NCBI RefSeq assembly: GCF_000143415.4
Contig: NW_003314308.1
Span: forward strand, 1,034,654 to 1,098,653
Direction: 5' to 3'
Source of the DNA: Selaginella moellendorffii
Taxonomy: Eukaryota > Plantae > Lycopodiophyta
Length of the DNA: 64,000 bases
The position numbers and the translations under genes are program-made. Positions 1-12,811 of this stretch are shown in pieces; the stretch's first letter is position 1; each line of letters starts with the position of its first letter. Under the pieces are notes generated by a model that had not been told where the DNA came from, did no database searches, and was given only the letters and a program-made list of their open reading frames with translations.

Positions 1-760
1 TAGTTTGGATACGATCTCATTATGCTCACTGTTTTGTTGTCCATCCCCACCTACAAATCAAACATGGAGTGAGGAAAACAAAACGAAAACAAAGCTTGTA
101 AACAAGAGAAGTTTATACCAGTAAGATATCTCTAGTGAATAAAACACCCCTCTCTTGAGCTCCATGAGACCAGTGGAGGATTTGAGCACCAGCAAAATGG
201 CCACCTAAATGTAAAAGCGTGAGTCCCTCCCATAGCTGGAATGTTTTGCCCTTCCAGAACTTAACGTTTTCGTGCTGGTAAACCACCCATTTCTTATCCC
301 TGCCGAAGTATCTACAGAGAGATCGAAATGAAAGAGAGAAACAAAGGTAGACAGTACCAATATACCGGGACACCTCCGATGTGGCATCATCTAGAAATGA
401 GATGCAGTTCCACAGTATGTTTCCCTCTATCAAAAACATAAAAACCATTAAAAAAAAATGCACAACTGCCAGAGTCTGGATGAGAAACGCACGCTGTCCA
501 ATTCCAAACTTTGGAAAGGTTATGATCTCGAAGACCTGCGGCTCATGCTTCTTGAAACCATTGCGAAACTGCAATCTCATCTTGCTCATGGACGTCCACT
601 AAATCTAGAAGTCAGAAAAACTCGAGGGCAAAAATCTTAGATGGGCATACCTGGAACGAACTGGCGATCATTGGAGCAGATAATACAGGACGAAGGCGGG
701 CCTTGGCAGGATGTTGGAGGGAACTCCACCCCACAAGTATTACAAATATGACCCAATTTT
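1..760 (-). pseudogene. Degraded metallo-beta-lactamase-fold hydrolase gene with N-terminal CxxC..CxxC motif (bacterial/fungal-type family); runs off the window
   Basis: Minus-strand exon pieces read HICNTCGVEFPPTSCQGPPSSCIICSNDRQFVP, PKFGIGQRAFLIQT, GNILWNCISFLDD, WKGKTFQLWEGLTLLHLGGHFAGAQILHW..GVLFTRDIL and TVSIMRSYPN. The central HxH metal-binding exon is missing and there are frame/splice defects. Confidence 0.65.
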
Positions 761-918
761 GTTACAATACCGCTAAATACCTCGAGGATTTCCGACCCAG
801 ACGAATGGAGCGTTTGCCTCCATAAGTTTGAAATCCGAGAGTGTTAACAGGATTTTCATGGTATCGTTGTAGAAAGCAACAACGTCGTGCATTGCTTAGA
901 AACATTAAGAGATAACTA

Positions 919-1146
<228 letters not shown>

Positions 1147-2119
1147 CTATGGTCACCTGCGCGAGAATTTCACTCGTTTAGGTCTAAATGACTTTTCTTG
1201 GTCTTAGGACAGTCGTTTGATACGTAGATCGTATAGTAGATGTGCATTTCATGTAAGACAGTGCTGTGCTTTTGGAAAGGGCTGGTTTGTCCGATCATCA
1301 ACATAACCGAAAACACTTTTTGCTGTGAAACAACTGGAAAAGAAAAAGCAAGAAGAGAGCAAACGGACAAAGAGCTTACCGGATAGTCTGCCGCTGAGAC
1401 GCTCAGATGATATCTATCGCCCAATAAACCAGCCTGCTCTCTGGGAAAGTTGTGTCCAGGATGACGAGTTTGGCTCCGGGACTACACAAAGACAAGATGA
1501 TAGAGCTGTCAATTCATGAGCTCGCTGAACATACCGAGTTCTAAACCAATGCAAACACAGAAAGAACAAGAACCCACACTACGCAAGTGATGGAGTAGAA
1601 TTTTGTATGTGCATGTTCTTCCTGCTTTAATAACATCAGTCCAATTCACAGCAATTCTTATTTGTCACGCTCAAACTCCATCAAACCCGGAGGATCCACT
1701 CCCAGATGCTGTACGGTGGCTACTCCATCTTCAATCTCCTCCTAGTATCTGTGAGATCTTCTAACGAATGGCAACAACTTTCAGATGAGATTTCCTAGGG
1801 CAGCTCCGAGCAGTAGGCCAGCGATGCGCGTTCTCCGTGATCGCCCCAATCTATTGTCATCGAAGCCGAAACGGGCATCTGGATCAAGCTCAATATGCCG
1901 TCCTTGATCAGTGAATCACTTGGACCGGGATGATAAATAGCATTTGCCTCGAACGGGAATCTGGATATCTGTTTCTCTTTGGGTTATGACTACGCTTCAA
2001 AGACTTATCAACATAAGAACATTTATTTTAATTTGATGGTGACCTGTTTTAAGAAGAAGCGGGTGCTCAACCGGCTGCTGGCACAAGAACCGTCTTGGGC
2101 AGGGTCGGGAATAACTGCG

Positions 2120-2284
2120 TGAAGAGAAGAAGAGCGGAAGCTACGATGGTGGATGACTCCAAGGATAATCATATATCAAAGATATATATACATGATGAAG
2201 AGACACGCCTCTAGCCTACACCTGGATCAGTGAAGTGGCACTCCTGCCATCTAGGATCATGTCATAGAGAGTGTATACTCAACA
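2120..2284 (-). repeat. Copia 3' LTR
   Basis: About 97.6% identical to 9094-9258. Confidence 0.93.
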
Positions 2285-2744
2285 TGACATGAATGACGAC
2301 ATGAATCGCCAAGCATTCACAGCTGTGCTGATCTCAGCCACTATATATATATGCCGCACTGAAGAGAGCCACGATAGCTCTCTATGTGGATGACTGCATC
2401 CTTTTCTCAAGTGAAGGTGCTACCATGAAGCAGTTGAAGCTGGATTTGGGGTGCCGATTCAAGATGGTTGACATGGGACCTCTTCACTACTGCCTTGGCA
2501 TTCAGATCTTCCGAGACAGGAGGAAGGGAGTGATTCAAATGTCTCAGAAGAGTTACATTCTGGACGTGCTTCAGAGGTTTCAACTCAGTGAGCTGAACCC
2601 AGCAACCACACCTATGGAGGAACATATGAAGTGGATCCCATATAGGCAGATGGTGGCAGCATCACACCAAAAGAAATTTGGCATGCCTGCATCTTGCAAG
2701 ATCGCTCGTGCCATCTCCACAAGAGTTCGGTTCATCCTCTCAGC

Positions 2745-5546
2745 CTTCCATTTCGCTCAGGTGTAAGTGAAAGAGGGAAGGATGTCCTGGAGCTGGTACA
2801 CTCTGATCTATGTGGCCCAATGCAGACCATGTCAAGGACAAAGAAGAAATACTTTGTCACATTCATCGACGATTTTTCAAGGATGGTAGCAGTGAAGTTT
2901 TTGCTGCACAAGTCAGAGGCCTTTGAAGCTTTCAAGGTCTACAAGCTGCAAGCAGAGCTTGAGACAAGCAGAAAAATCAAGATGCTGAGAAGTGATGGTG
3001 GTGGAGAGTTCACCTCTAACGCCTTTAAGGAGTTCTGTGAGCAAGCTGGAATTAAGCGGCAACTTTCAGTGCCTTCAACTCCTGAGCAAAATGGCGTGGC
3101 TGAGAGGATGAACCGAACTCTTGTGGAGATGGCACGAGCGATCTTGCAAGATGCAGGCATGCCAAATTTCTTTTGGTGTGATGCTGTGAAGACAGCAGCC
3201 TACTTGAGGAATAGGCTGATTACTTCTGCTGTCAAGAGACGAACACCTTATGAGGTGTGGTATGGGAAGGCACCAGACGTGAGCCATCTCAGGATCTTTG
3301 GGTGTGTAGCTTATGCACTCAAGGACGAGCCCAAGAAGCTGGACAGTAGAAGTGAGAAGTGCATTCTCCTTGGCTATGCAAGCAAGATGAAGGGTTACAA
3401 GCTCTTCAACCTGAACACCAGGAAGGTGATCACGAGCAGGAATGTCATCTTCGACGAGTCTAAGATGTACAACACCAAGAACCAGCTAGCAACCACCTCG
3501 CAGCAGATGCCGTTACTCATTAGTGGTAAGCAAACCCTAATTGAGGATAGCGACAGCGAGGAAGAAGATGCCTCTCGACGGCAGCGTGCACACTCAGGCG
3601 GAGCAGCTACAGGTGGAGGTGGAGTCGTGGCTCAAGTTCCTCCCAGGGCAGGCCGAACTCTTCCAAGGAGTGTCTCAGATCTCTCACCTTCTCTCAATTT
3701 CGAGGAAGGCAGCTCTAGTGAGAGCGGCCAGCAGCAGGAAGCAGCAGCACCTCGTAGATCCAGTCGTGTTCGTGTCTTGACTGAACAAGGACAGCAGTAC
3801 AGAGAGGATGTGGCATTAAAGCAGGCTCTTGAGGCTTCTAGAGTTGAAGCCAGAGCAGCTCGTGATCGCAGTGCATCTGAGCCACCTCCAGTAACCTCAG
3901 CAGCATTTTATTATGCTGCAAGCTCATCGTCCCAGCAGCAGGAGGAAGTTCCTTCTGAGGACATGGAACTCGACTTTCTAGCACTCTTTCACCAAGCAGA
4001 AGCCACAGTACCCAAGACCCTGCAAGAAGCCTTGGCTGGTCCAAATGCAGCAGAGTGGCAGCATGCAATTTTCCTAGAGTATCAATCTCTGATGGAAAAT
4101 GAAACGTGGGACTTGGTGGAGCTTCCTACAGGCAGAAGAATCGTGAGTACAAAGTGGCTGTTCCAGATCAAGTATAAGCCAGATGGCTCTATTGATCGTT
4201 ACAAGGCCAGATTTGTAGCTCGAGGATTTTCTCAAGTAGGAGTGGACTTTGCAGAAACATTTTCACCAGTGGTGAAACATGCATCGATCAGGATGTTGCT
4301 GAACATTGCTGCTCAAGAAAACTTGGAAGTCGAGCAGATGGACGTCACCACAGCTTTTCTGAATGGAGATCTACATGAGGAGGTCTTTATCTCGCAACCA
4401 GAGGGCTTTGTTGTTCCAGGGAAGGAACATTTAGTGTGCCGGTTGAAGAAGGCTTTATATGGCCTTAAACAAGCACCCAGGGCCTGTAACGTGTACTTGA
4501 AGCGAGTGGGAGAATTTCGAGCCATGATAGCTCTCTATGTGGATGACTGCATCCTTTTCTCAAGTGAAGGTGCTACCATGAAGCAGTTGAAGCTGGATTT
4601 GGGGTGCCGATTCAAGATGGTTGACATGGGACCTCTTCACTACTGCCTTGGCATTCAGATCTTCCGAGACAGGAGGAAGGGAGTGATTCAGATGTCTCAG
4701 AAGAAGTACATTCTGGACGTGCTTCAGAGGTTTCAACTCAGTGAGCTGAACCCAGCAACCACACCTATGGAGGTTGGTCTAAAACTCTCACAGGATATGT
4801 CACCGACAACACCATCTGAACAGGAACATATGAAGTGGATCCCATATAGGCAGATGGTGGGAAGCTTAGTGTACCTGATGGTGTGTACGAGGCCAGACAT
4901 AGCCTATGCAGTGGGAGCAGTTTCACAGCACTTGGAAAATCCTGGCTACCAGCACTGGTTAGCAGTAAAGCGGATTTTCAGATACTTGAAGGGGACTGCC
5001 AACTATGGTCTTGTTTACAAGCAGCAACCTAGGGGTATTCAGCTCGTTGGATACTCAGATGCTGATTGGGCTGGTGAAGTTGACAAGAGGAAGTCCACTT
5101 CAGGCTATATGTTCAGCCTTGGTAGTGGAGCAGTTACTTGGTGCAGTAAAAGGCAGCCAATAATTGCACTATCAAGCACCGAAGCTGAGTACGTGGCCAC
5201 TACCTTAGCAGCCAAAGAGTGTGTTTGGCTGAGGCAACTATTGAGTGGAGTATATTATCCACAGAAGACTCCAACGATTATCTTCTGTGATAATCAGGGA
5301 GCAATTGCCTTGACGAAGAACCCGAAGTATCACGGACGTACCAAGCACATACAGGTACAGTTTCATTTTATTCGTGAGCAGGTTGCCATGGAGACAATGG
5401 AGCTAGTGTATTGTGGGACGGGAGATCAAGATGTTTTCACAAAAGCTCTGCCCCTAGCTGTATTCTCCAAGCATGTCCAAGCTCTTGGTGTGCAATTGCT
5501 CGAGGCTGATCCCAGCTTAGCTCGAGTGGGAGTGTTGAGGACTTAA
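2745..5546 (+). pseudogene. Inverted copia pol copy (integrase, RT, RNase H) with an internal RT deletion
   Basis: ORF 2694..5546 has VHSDLCGP, LRSDGGGEF, QNGVAERMNRTL, QMDVTTAFLNG, LYVDD, GYSDADWAG and LSSTEAEY. It reads APRA|CNVYLK, lacking the WYEKMDAYLLGLGFSKTSADS present in the minus copy. Confidence 0.9.
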
Positions 5547-5716
5547 GCCGCAATCTCAAGCTGGGATGCCACGTCAGCAGAAGGGACACATCCGTTTAGG
5601 TTCTGTAGGTGATCACGCCCGACACATTCTGTTCTTGATCCGTCTTCCGCAATAAAGGTGGACCCAGCATGGAGCGCTGCTGCGCTCACAAGGCTGGGTG
5701 TCCCCATTTCATAACA
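5533..5716 (+). repeat. Second, unrelated LTR-like sequence following a PPT
   Basis: GAGTGGGAG purine tract (5524-5532), then TGTTGAGG...AATAAA...TCATAACA. The sequence differs from the flanking LTRs. Confidence 0.6.
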
Positions 5717-7788
5717 TAGAGAGCTATCATGGCTCGAAATTCTCCCACTCGCTTCAAGTACACGTTACTGTCAGCTGAAGTCTTGGAGAACCCCAAACCC
5801 AAGAGATAAGCGTCCATTTTCTCGTACCAGGCCCTGGGTGCTTGTTTAAGGCCATATAAAGCCTTCTTCAACCGGCACACTAAATGTTCCTTCCCTGGAA
5901 CAACAAAGCCCTCTGGTTGCGAGATAAAGACCTCCTCATGTAGATCTCCATTCAGAAAAGCTGTGGTGACGTCCATCTGCTCGACTTCCAAGTTTTCTTG
6001 AGCAGCAATGTTCAGCAACATCCTGATCGATGCATGTTTCACCACTGGTGAAAATGTTTCTGCAAAGTCCACTCCTACTTGAGAAAATCCTCGAGCTACA
6101 AATCTGGCCTTGTAACGATCAATAGAGCCATCTGGCTTATACTTGATCCGGAACAGCCACTTTGTACTCACGATTCTTCTGCCTGTAGGAAGCTCCACCA
6201 AGTCCCACGTTTCATTTTCCATCAGAGATTGATACTCTAGGAAAATTGCATGCTGCCACTCTGCTGCATTTGGACCAGCCAAGGCTTCTTGCAGGGTCTT
6301 GGGTACTGTGGCTTCTGCTTGGTGAAAGAGTGAAAGTCGAGTTCCATGTCCTCAGAAGGAACTTCCTCCTGCTGCTGGGACGGTGAGCTTGCAGCATAAT
6401 AAAATGCTGCTGAGGTTACTGGAGGTGGCTCAGATGCACTGCGATCACGAGCTGCTCTGGCTTCAACTCTAGAAGCCTCAAGAGCTTGCTTTAATGCCAC
6501 ATCCTCTCTGTACTGCTGTCCTTGTTCAGTCAAGACACGAACACGACTGGATCTAGGAGGTGCTGCTCCTTCCTGCTGCTGGCTGCTTTCCTGCTGCTGG
6601 CTGCTCTCACTAGAGCTGCCTTCCTCGAAATTGAGAGAAGGTGAGAGATCTGAGACACTCCTTGGAAGAGTTCGGCCTGCCCTGGGAGGAACTTGAGCCA
6701 CGACTCCACCTCCACCTGTAGCTGCTCCGCCTGAGTGTGCACGTTGCCGTCGAGAGGCATCTTCCTCCTCGCTGTCACTATCCTCAATTAGGGTTTGCTT
6801 ACCACTAATGAGTAACGGCATCTGCTGCGAGGTGGTTGCTAGCTGGTTCTTGGTGTTGTACATCTTAGACTCGTCGAAGATGACATTCCTGCTCGTGATA
6901 ACCTTCCTGGTGTTCAGGTTGAAGAGCTTGTAACCCTTCATCTTGCTTGCATAGCCAAGGAGAATGCACTTCTCACTTCTACTGTCCAGCTTCTTGGGCT
7001 CGTCCTTGAGTGCATAAACTACACACCCAAAGATCCTGAGATGGCTCACGTCTGGTGCCTTCCCATACCACACCTCATAAGGTGTTCGTCCCTTGACAGC
7101 AGAAGTAATCAGCCTATTCCTCAAGTAGGCTGCTGTCTTCACAGCATCACACCAAAAGAAATTTGGCATGCCTGCATCTTGCAAGATCGCTCGTGCCATC
7201 TCCACAAGAGTTCGGTTCATCCTCTCAGCCACGCCATTTTGCTCAGGAGTTGAAGGCACTGAAAGTTGCCGCTTAATTCCAGCTTGCTCACAGAACTCCT
7301 TAAAGGCGTTAGAGGTGAACTCTCCACCACCATCACTTCTCAGCATCTTGATTTTTTCTGCTTGTCTCAAGCTCCGCTTGCAGCTTGTAGACCTTGAAAG
7401 CTTCAAAGGCCTCTGACTTGTGCAGCAAAAACTTCACTGCTACCATCCTTGAAAAATCGTCGATGAATGTGACAAAGTATTTCTTCTTTGTCCTTGACAT
7501 GGTCTGCATTGGGCCACATAGATCAGAGTGTACCAGCTCCAGGACATCCTTCCCTCTTTCACTTACACCTGAGCGAAATGGAAGGCGATGCTGCTTACTG
7601 AGGACACAAGGCTCACAAAATCCAGCTGATGATGGAGCAATGTTCAGTCCTCGGACAAGTTGTCCTCTTGCTAGCTGCTGTACTCTCTTGATGGAAGAGT
7701 GGCCTAATCTCCTGTGCCAAGTGTCTAGTATAGCTGGTTTGTCTTCCACGCTGCTACTGAGCATTAACCTCTCAGGATACACCAGCAT
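5717..7788 (-). pseudogene. Copia pol (GAG-pre-integrase, integrase, 5' part of RT), frameshifted and truncated at LYV
   Basis: Consecutive ORFs 7333..7788 (WHRRLGH, CEPC), 6237..7406 and 5686..6282 in shifting frames. Confidence 0.9.
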
Positions 7789-9058
7789 TCAGGCAATAGA
7801 GCCCTGCATGTCGGCGTCCCGATGCTAGCTCATAGCCTTCTCGTGAGATGGTGCATCTTTTCTCGTTAAAGTCAATCTTGCAGCCTGCGTCTGCTATCTT
7901 CCCCACTGAGAAAAGAGTCTTCTTGACACCAGGCACATAGTAGACATTGCTCACGTCCACTTTCTGACCATTGGCAAGTTTCACCTTGATTGTCCCAACT
8001 CCTTGCACACTGTGCGAGTAATCGTCACCAAGGTAAATCCTCTTGTCGTCTGGAACTGGTCTCAGCTTGCCAAACAGCTCTCTGATGTATGTCATGTGCC
8101 TGTTTGCTCCTGAGTCCACCCAGATTACTTCTGCTTTCAACAGACCATGTTTTGTCACCTGCTGATCCTCTAACGAAGCCATGAACAGACTGCCATGCTC
8201 GTCATCGGAATCAGCTGCTGCAAAGTTAGCCACTTGCTTGCCTTTGTCTCGCTTTCTAGCTTCCTTGGCTTTCTTTGCTTCTTCATTGGTGCAGTCTCTT
8301 GCCCAATGACCAGGTTTCTTGCAAATGTTGCAAAGGCCGTCGTTTTTCTTCTTCTTCTTCTTGGACTTGCTCCCACTGGTTCCATCAGTCCCTGGAGAAT
8401 TCACTGGGCCCAACCTGTCCCACACTGTTGCAGATCGCTTGCCCTTTGAAGATTGACCAGCAAATAGCGCTTGATCTTGACATCCAACTCCCTCATTGGT
8501 CTCCATCAAGTTCTCTGCTGACTTCAACTGAAGGACCATTTCGTCAAATTTCTTTGACGAGTGAGTAGTCGCTGTTGTCAGAAGATACTTCGCCACGCCT
8601 TTGATGACAACCGACTTGAGCTTCGGTTCACTCACTGGTGTCTTCGTGATGCGTGCGATCTGGCTTGCTACCTTCCTCAACCTTCCAACAAAGGCTTGAA
8701 TGGACTCACCTTCATGCTGTCTTACAGAACCTAGTTCTGTCTTTAAGTCCAGCAATGTGGTCTCATTCTCCTTTCCGAGGGTTGCTTTCAGGTTTTCCCA
8801 GTTCTCGTGCGCAGTCTTTGTGATGTCGAGATGGCAACTGAACACCTTGCCCAGGCCTCTGCCTAGAATGCCCAAGGCCTTGATGTTCTTTCCATCCCAC
8901 TCTTTGCGGTCAGCCTTGTCCGTTGTGGGAGGGCGCGTCCAGGAACCGTCGACCACTGGCCACAGCTCCTTCTGCATAAAGTAGTACTCGAGTTGCTCCT
9001 GCCATCCGCTGAAATCCTTGCCATCAAAGATCTCTATGGCGTCGCGCACACTCCCCAT
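7772..9058 (-). CDS. Copia Gag plus aspartic protease
   Basis: CCHC knuckle CNICKKPGHWARDC and protease motif WVDSGANRHM. Confidence 0.9.
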   Translation of the reverse strand: MGSVRDAIEIFDGKDFSGWQEQLEYYFMQKELWPVVDGSWTRPPTTDKADRKEWDGKNIKALGILGRGLGKVFSCHLDITKTAHENWENLKATLGKENETTLLDLKTELGSVRQHEGESIQAFVGRLRKVASQIARITKTPVSEPKLKSVVIKGVAKYLLTTATTHSSKKFDEMVLQLKSAENLMETNEGVGCQDQALFAGQSSKGKRSATVWDRLGPVNSPGTDGTSGSKSKKKKKKNDGLCNICKKPGHWARDCTNEEAKKAKEARKRDKGKQVANFAAADSDDEHGSLFMASLEDQQVTKHGLLKAEVIWVDSGANRHMTYIRELFGKLRPVPDDKRIYLGDDYSHSVQGVGTIKVKLANGQKVDVSNVYYVPGVKKTLFSVGKIADAGCKIDFNEKRCTISREGYELASGRRHAGLYCLNAGVS

Positions 9059-9080
9059 CTTCAGGATCGTTCTTCACACG

Positions 9081-9093
9081 GGCTCTGATACCA
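9081..9093 (-). promoter_or_regulatory. Primer binding site (tRNA-iMet)
   Basis: TGGTATCAGAGCC directly after the LTR end on the minus strand. Confidence 0.9.
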
Positions 9094-9258
9094 TGAAGAG
9101 AAGAAGAGCGGAAGCTACAATGGTGGATGACTCCAAGGATAATCATATATCAAAGATATATATACATGATGAAGAGACATGCCTCTAGCCTACACCTGGA
9201 TCAGTGAAGTGGCACTCCTGCCTTCTAGGATCATGTCATAGAGAGCGTATACTCAACA
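9094..9258 (-). repeat. Copia 5' LTR
   Basis: Adjacent to the PBS; matches 2120-2284. Confidence 0.93.
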
Positions 9259-10111
9259 CTGCGAAAGGAGAGGGACCAGAATTACCTGAACTAGAACCAG
9301 TTTGTACTCCTTCAGGTAAACTCTTCCAAAGCTGTGGAATCTACTTAACGCAATATTTGCAGATTCCATCCCGAAAAGTGACTCAAATGTAGTGGATGCT
9401 ACTGTATTCACGAGATACTACAGACTTTTAGCAAGAATCTAGACCAGATCTTGGGGCGTGAACTCCAGCACCGGGAAAAATAATAGCAGTAGCAGCAAAT
9501 CACTTCTGCATCACCAATTGCCAGCAAGAACAAGTTGAAATGGAAAAAGACAAGTCAAACTTCCATCAAATAAATAAATAAATAATAATTATGTAGAATC
9601 ACTATTAAAGGTCACCATTTAACTTCCACCAACTTTCACCTACTGTGGTATGGGCAGAGAGGAATGATGTCCCCAAGTCGACACCATTGCGTTTCGGAAT
9701 TTCGAGAACCGGTTAGCTTCTCATCTTTGTCTCGTTCTCGTTCTTCAAGGCCCGAAGGCTGGCGTCCTTGGGGGCCTTTTCTATTGCTTGATCGCACAAG
9801 CTCAATCCTTCACGAAGCTTCTCCAGTTCAAGTGCAGCTTTTGCACCTCGAAACATTGCCTGGAGGTACTAACCGCTGAATCAATGTAAATGCTAGGATC
9901 AAGGGACGTTACCTTGGCATTGGACGAATTACTACGCAGTCCACGCCGAGCGTCTTCAAAGGCGTGCCTGTAATTGGCCATTCTGAGATGAACTGGTGCT
10001 CCGTTTGAGAGCAGCACCGATTTCTCCTGCTCCAGATTGGTCTGCGCAATTGTCCGAGTGTACCGATCCAGCGCACTCTCGTATTCTCCCCGATCATAGA
10101 ATGTCTTACCT

Positions 10112-10944
10112 TCAGCCCAGAAACAAGAAAGACACCCTCGGAAACAACTCAGGGAGATTATCTGTCACCTGCAATTCTGATACACTGGGTTCCATTCCCA
10201 TGGCCTCCTCGCCCGCACACATGAGCGCCATGAGAGCTCGGAATCCACCGCCAACCTTGTTACGCTTCCAGACATTCAACAGATGAACAGTGCTTTCAAC
10301 CGGGAAAAGAGATCCTGCCACGAACTTAAAAATCTCAAACTCTCCCCACGTTGCAACGGCCCCAAGCGCAAACTTCCTGGTGGGATGCATCTCGAAGACG
10401 CGATCTTGCATCGCATACATGAGCCCCCCAAGCGCATCCTGATAGTCTTTGTCGTTATGATCTCCCAGGGCGCAGACGTGCATGATACACACCACATTCC
10501 CTTCAGCGGAGCGATCATAGAAGACGAAGGTGTGGTAACGGAAATCGGTGTTGTCCTCTTTCTTGAAGTGGGACTTGACAGGCGCAGACGATGACACGAT
10601 GGCATCCAGCATCCCCTCATAGAGCAAAGCTTCACTTGGAATTTCTATCGAGTAGAACTCGCGCCTGAACTCCGGTACAGTTCTCATCTCCAACGTCCAC
10701 CTTGGAGAAGTAGAGACTCAGATCCCTGCTGGGTCTCGGCCTCGATGCCATCTGGTTGTACTGGCGTGCTGCAGCAATGTTCCGCTTGAGATCCGCTGCA
10801 AACCATTTCGAGAAATCTTAGTGGGCATTTTCTTACCTGGAGCGAGAAGACCTCTAGCTTTGAAGGCGTCGCTCGCTTTCTCCGAAGATCCTCATACGTC
10901 CACTGTTTCAGAGTCACGTCACTGTAGATATTAAGCGCCACCAC
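10112..10944 (-). pseudogene. Possible Crinkler-type/REase-like or FunK1-associated domain remnant
   Basis: DALGGLMYAMQDRVFEMHPTRKFALGAVATWGEFEIFKF resembles the Q/G-L..Y..R.F..P.R.F..G pattern of these domains. ORFs are broken. Confidence 0.35.
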
Positions 10945-11863
10945 TTCCCCACGAAAACTTTATTCACGCTCAAGAACCCTAACTTCGCTAGCAGTTTGGT
11001 AGGAAGAATGATTTTGTGACTTTGGATGATGGTGAACCGAGATCAAACAGTGATGGGGCACTTTACGAGGAGGTTGTGGGCCAGTTTGTAGGGCGAGTTA
11101 GATGCAGCACCAATCCATCATCTGTGCGGCTGGAGGAGAGGGTGGTTCCAACGAGGAATGTTGACTAAGTGACCATCTAGTCTACTAGTCTTATGCGTTT
11201 GAACTTGGACCATCGTCATTGAATGGCTCTTGTCTCCCGTGGCTGGACTGATGTGGGAGAGCCAGCATCGTCAATTCCTTTACATGAAATTGGAGTAACT
11301 GCCATACAGCGAAGTTTGCAAGCGTTAACTCTCTGGAGTATGCTCCTGTGGGAGACAAGGAGACGGGACCCAATGACCCAGAACTGACTCAGTAATAGTA
11401 TGTTTTATTCGCTTATTTACGTTGTCGTGATCCATCCTTTGGCACCACTGAGACGCTGCTTGAAACATTGGTGGCCACATGGAGCTGCTTGGACGTGAAA
11501 TGAGCTAGCTTGCCACTAGCAAAGTTGTTGCTCTTACTCTTGCCGACTCTCTTGTTCTTGAGAATTCTTATGGCCAACACAGAACTCCAATAGCACTTTC
11601 AAGTTCTTGGAATAAGTGGTACACCCTTTGAGTTTTGCCCAAACTCTCTCCCACCTTGATCTCCCCTGGAATGCGCTAAAGGCATTACCCATGGCACTGT
11701 TGGGCAGGATCACCGGGGTTTCACGTAAAAATTGAAATTTTTACAATGTTATATTGTCACCACACACAAAACACACATGTGTTTTTTTAATTGTGTCGGG
11801 ATTGGGTAATTTGTGCGTTTGTTGCCTTCCTTAACTAGCAAGTTTGTTGGATTCTCTACCACT

Positions 11864-12391
11864 TGGAACAATGTAGGTAAAGGAAATCAACAAAATGGAT
11901 TTATAACTTTAGGAAAAAGATTGGCTCTGGTTGGGCTTAGGGGTCTAGACCTTCTAGGCTGCTGGCAGTCAGCCTGAGCTACCTGTGCAGCGAGGGCAAG
12001 CCCCCGTGAGAAAACTTGGTGATGGATGTATGCCCCTCCCCGTGGGGGCATTCCCTAGGCATCAAACAATTAGCTCAAAACTGGAATGGACAAAGGGAAT
12101 CCAATTGTTTAATTAAAATAAAGCATTGCAATGGTTCTTATAGATGTTGACACAATGTGATTTTTACCTAGTTCTCTGAATGTAAAAGTGAAGAAATTCA
12201 ACCAAATGCAGGGAGTAACTATAACTCTTTTACAAATGCCTCATCATTTAATTAGTGATGTGCATGAATAAATTAATAAGATTCCCATTGTCCCTATCTA
12301 CTATTTAATGAAACCACAGCCAAGAGAACAAGCTTGGAAAAATCAGTGGGGAAAGAAGACCCTATTGAGCTTAACTCTAGTGTGACTTTGT
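11864..12391 (+). pseudogene. Decayed 25S/26S (LSU) rRNA fragment
   Basis: Recognisable LSU blocks (GGAACAATGTAGGTAA.., TGTTTAATTAAAA..AGCATTGC, GTGAAGAAATTCAACCAA, GATTCCCA.TGTCCCTA.CTACTAT, GGGGAAAGAAGACCCT.TTGAGCTT.ACTCTAG) with many C>T/G>A changes. Confidence 0.92.
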
Positions 12392-12811
12392 CAATGGGGT
12401 TTTTATTCTTAGCCTTTATAAAACCATAGAGTTTAGTTTTGACATGCTTGAAATTGAGAAAGAGCATTTCAAGAGTAGGGGGAGGGGGTGATGAAGGTAA
12501 AGCCAAATTGAAACTTAAGTCTGTGTCCATTGTAATCCAGGTGGTGGTCAAAGTCCTCGATGAGGAGCCCATAGACTTATGTTTCGTCATTCTTGGACAA
12601 ATGTTACCAAAGCCATAATGGTGGTTTCCATGTCTATATTATCTTCACCAACCTCGCATTCATGTCTAAAGAAGGGCCATAAAGCTCTTTCTTTGGCAAT
12701 TTTTTATTCACCTCCTTTTTTAATAATTGTGTTAGGTACGGTTGCTAACAAGATGATTATGATAGTATATCCAAATCTTATCCCATAATCACATGTGCTA
12801 CAACATGTATC

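Larger units (their letters stand above)
2120..9258 (-). mobile_element. Ty1/copia LTR retrotransposon, internally rearranged
   Basis: Direct 165-bp LTRs at 2120-2284 and 9094-9258 (4 differences, TG..CA ends), 5-bp TSD CTGCG (2115-2119 and 9259-9263), Met-tRNA PBS, and gag-PR-IN-RT domain order. Confidence 0.95.
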
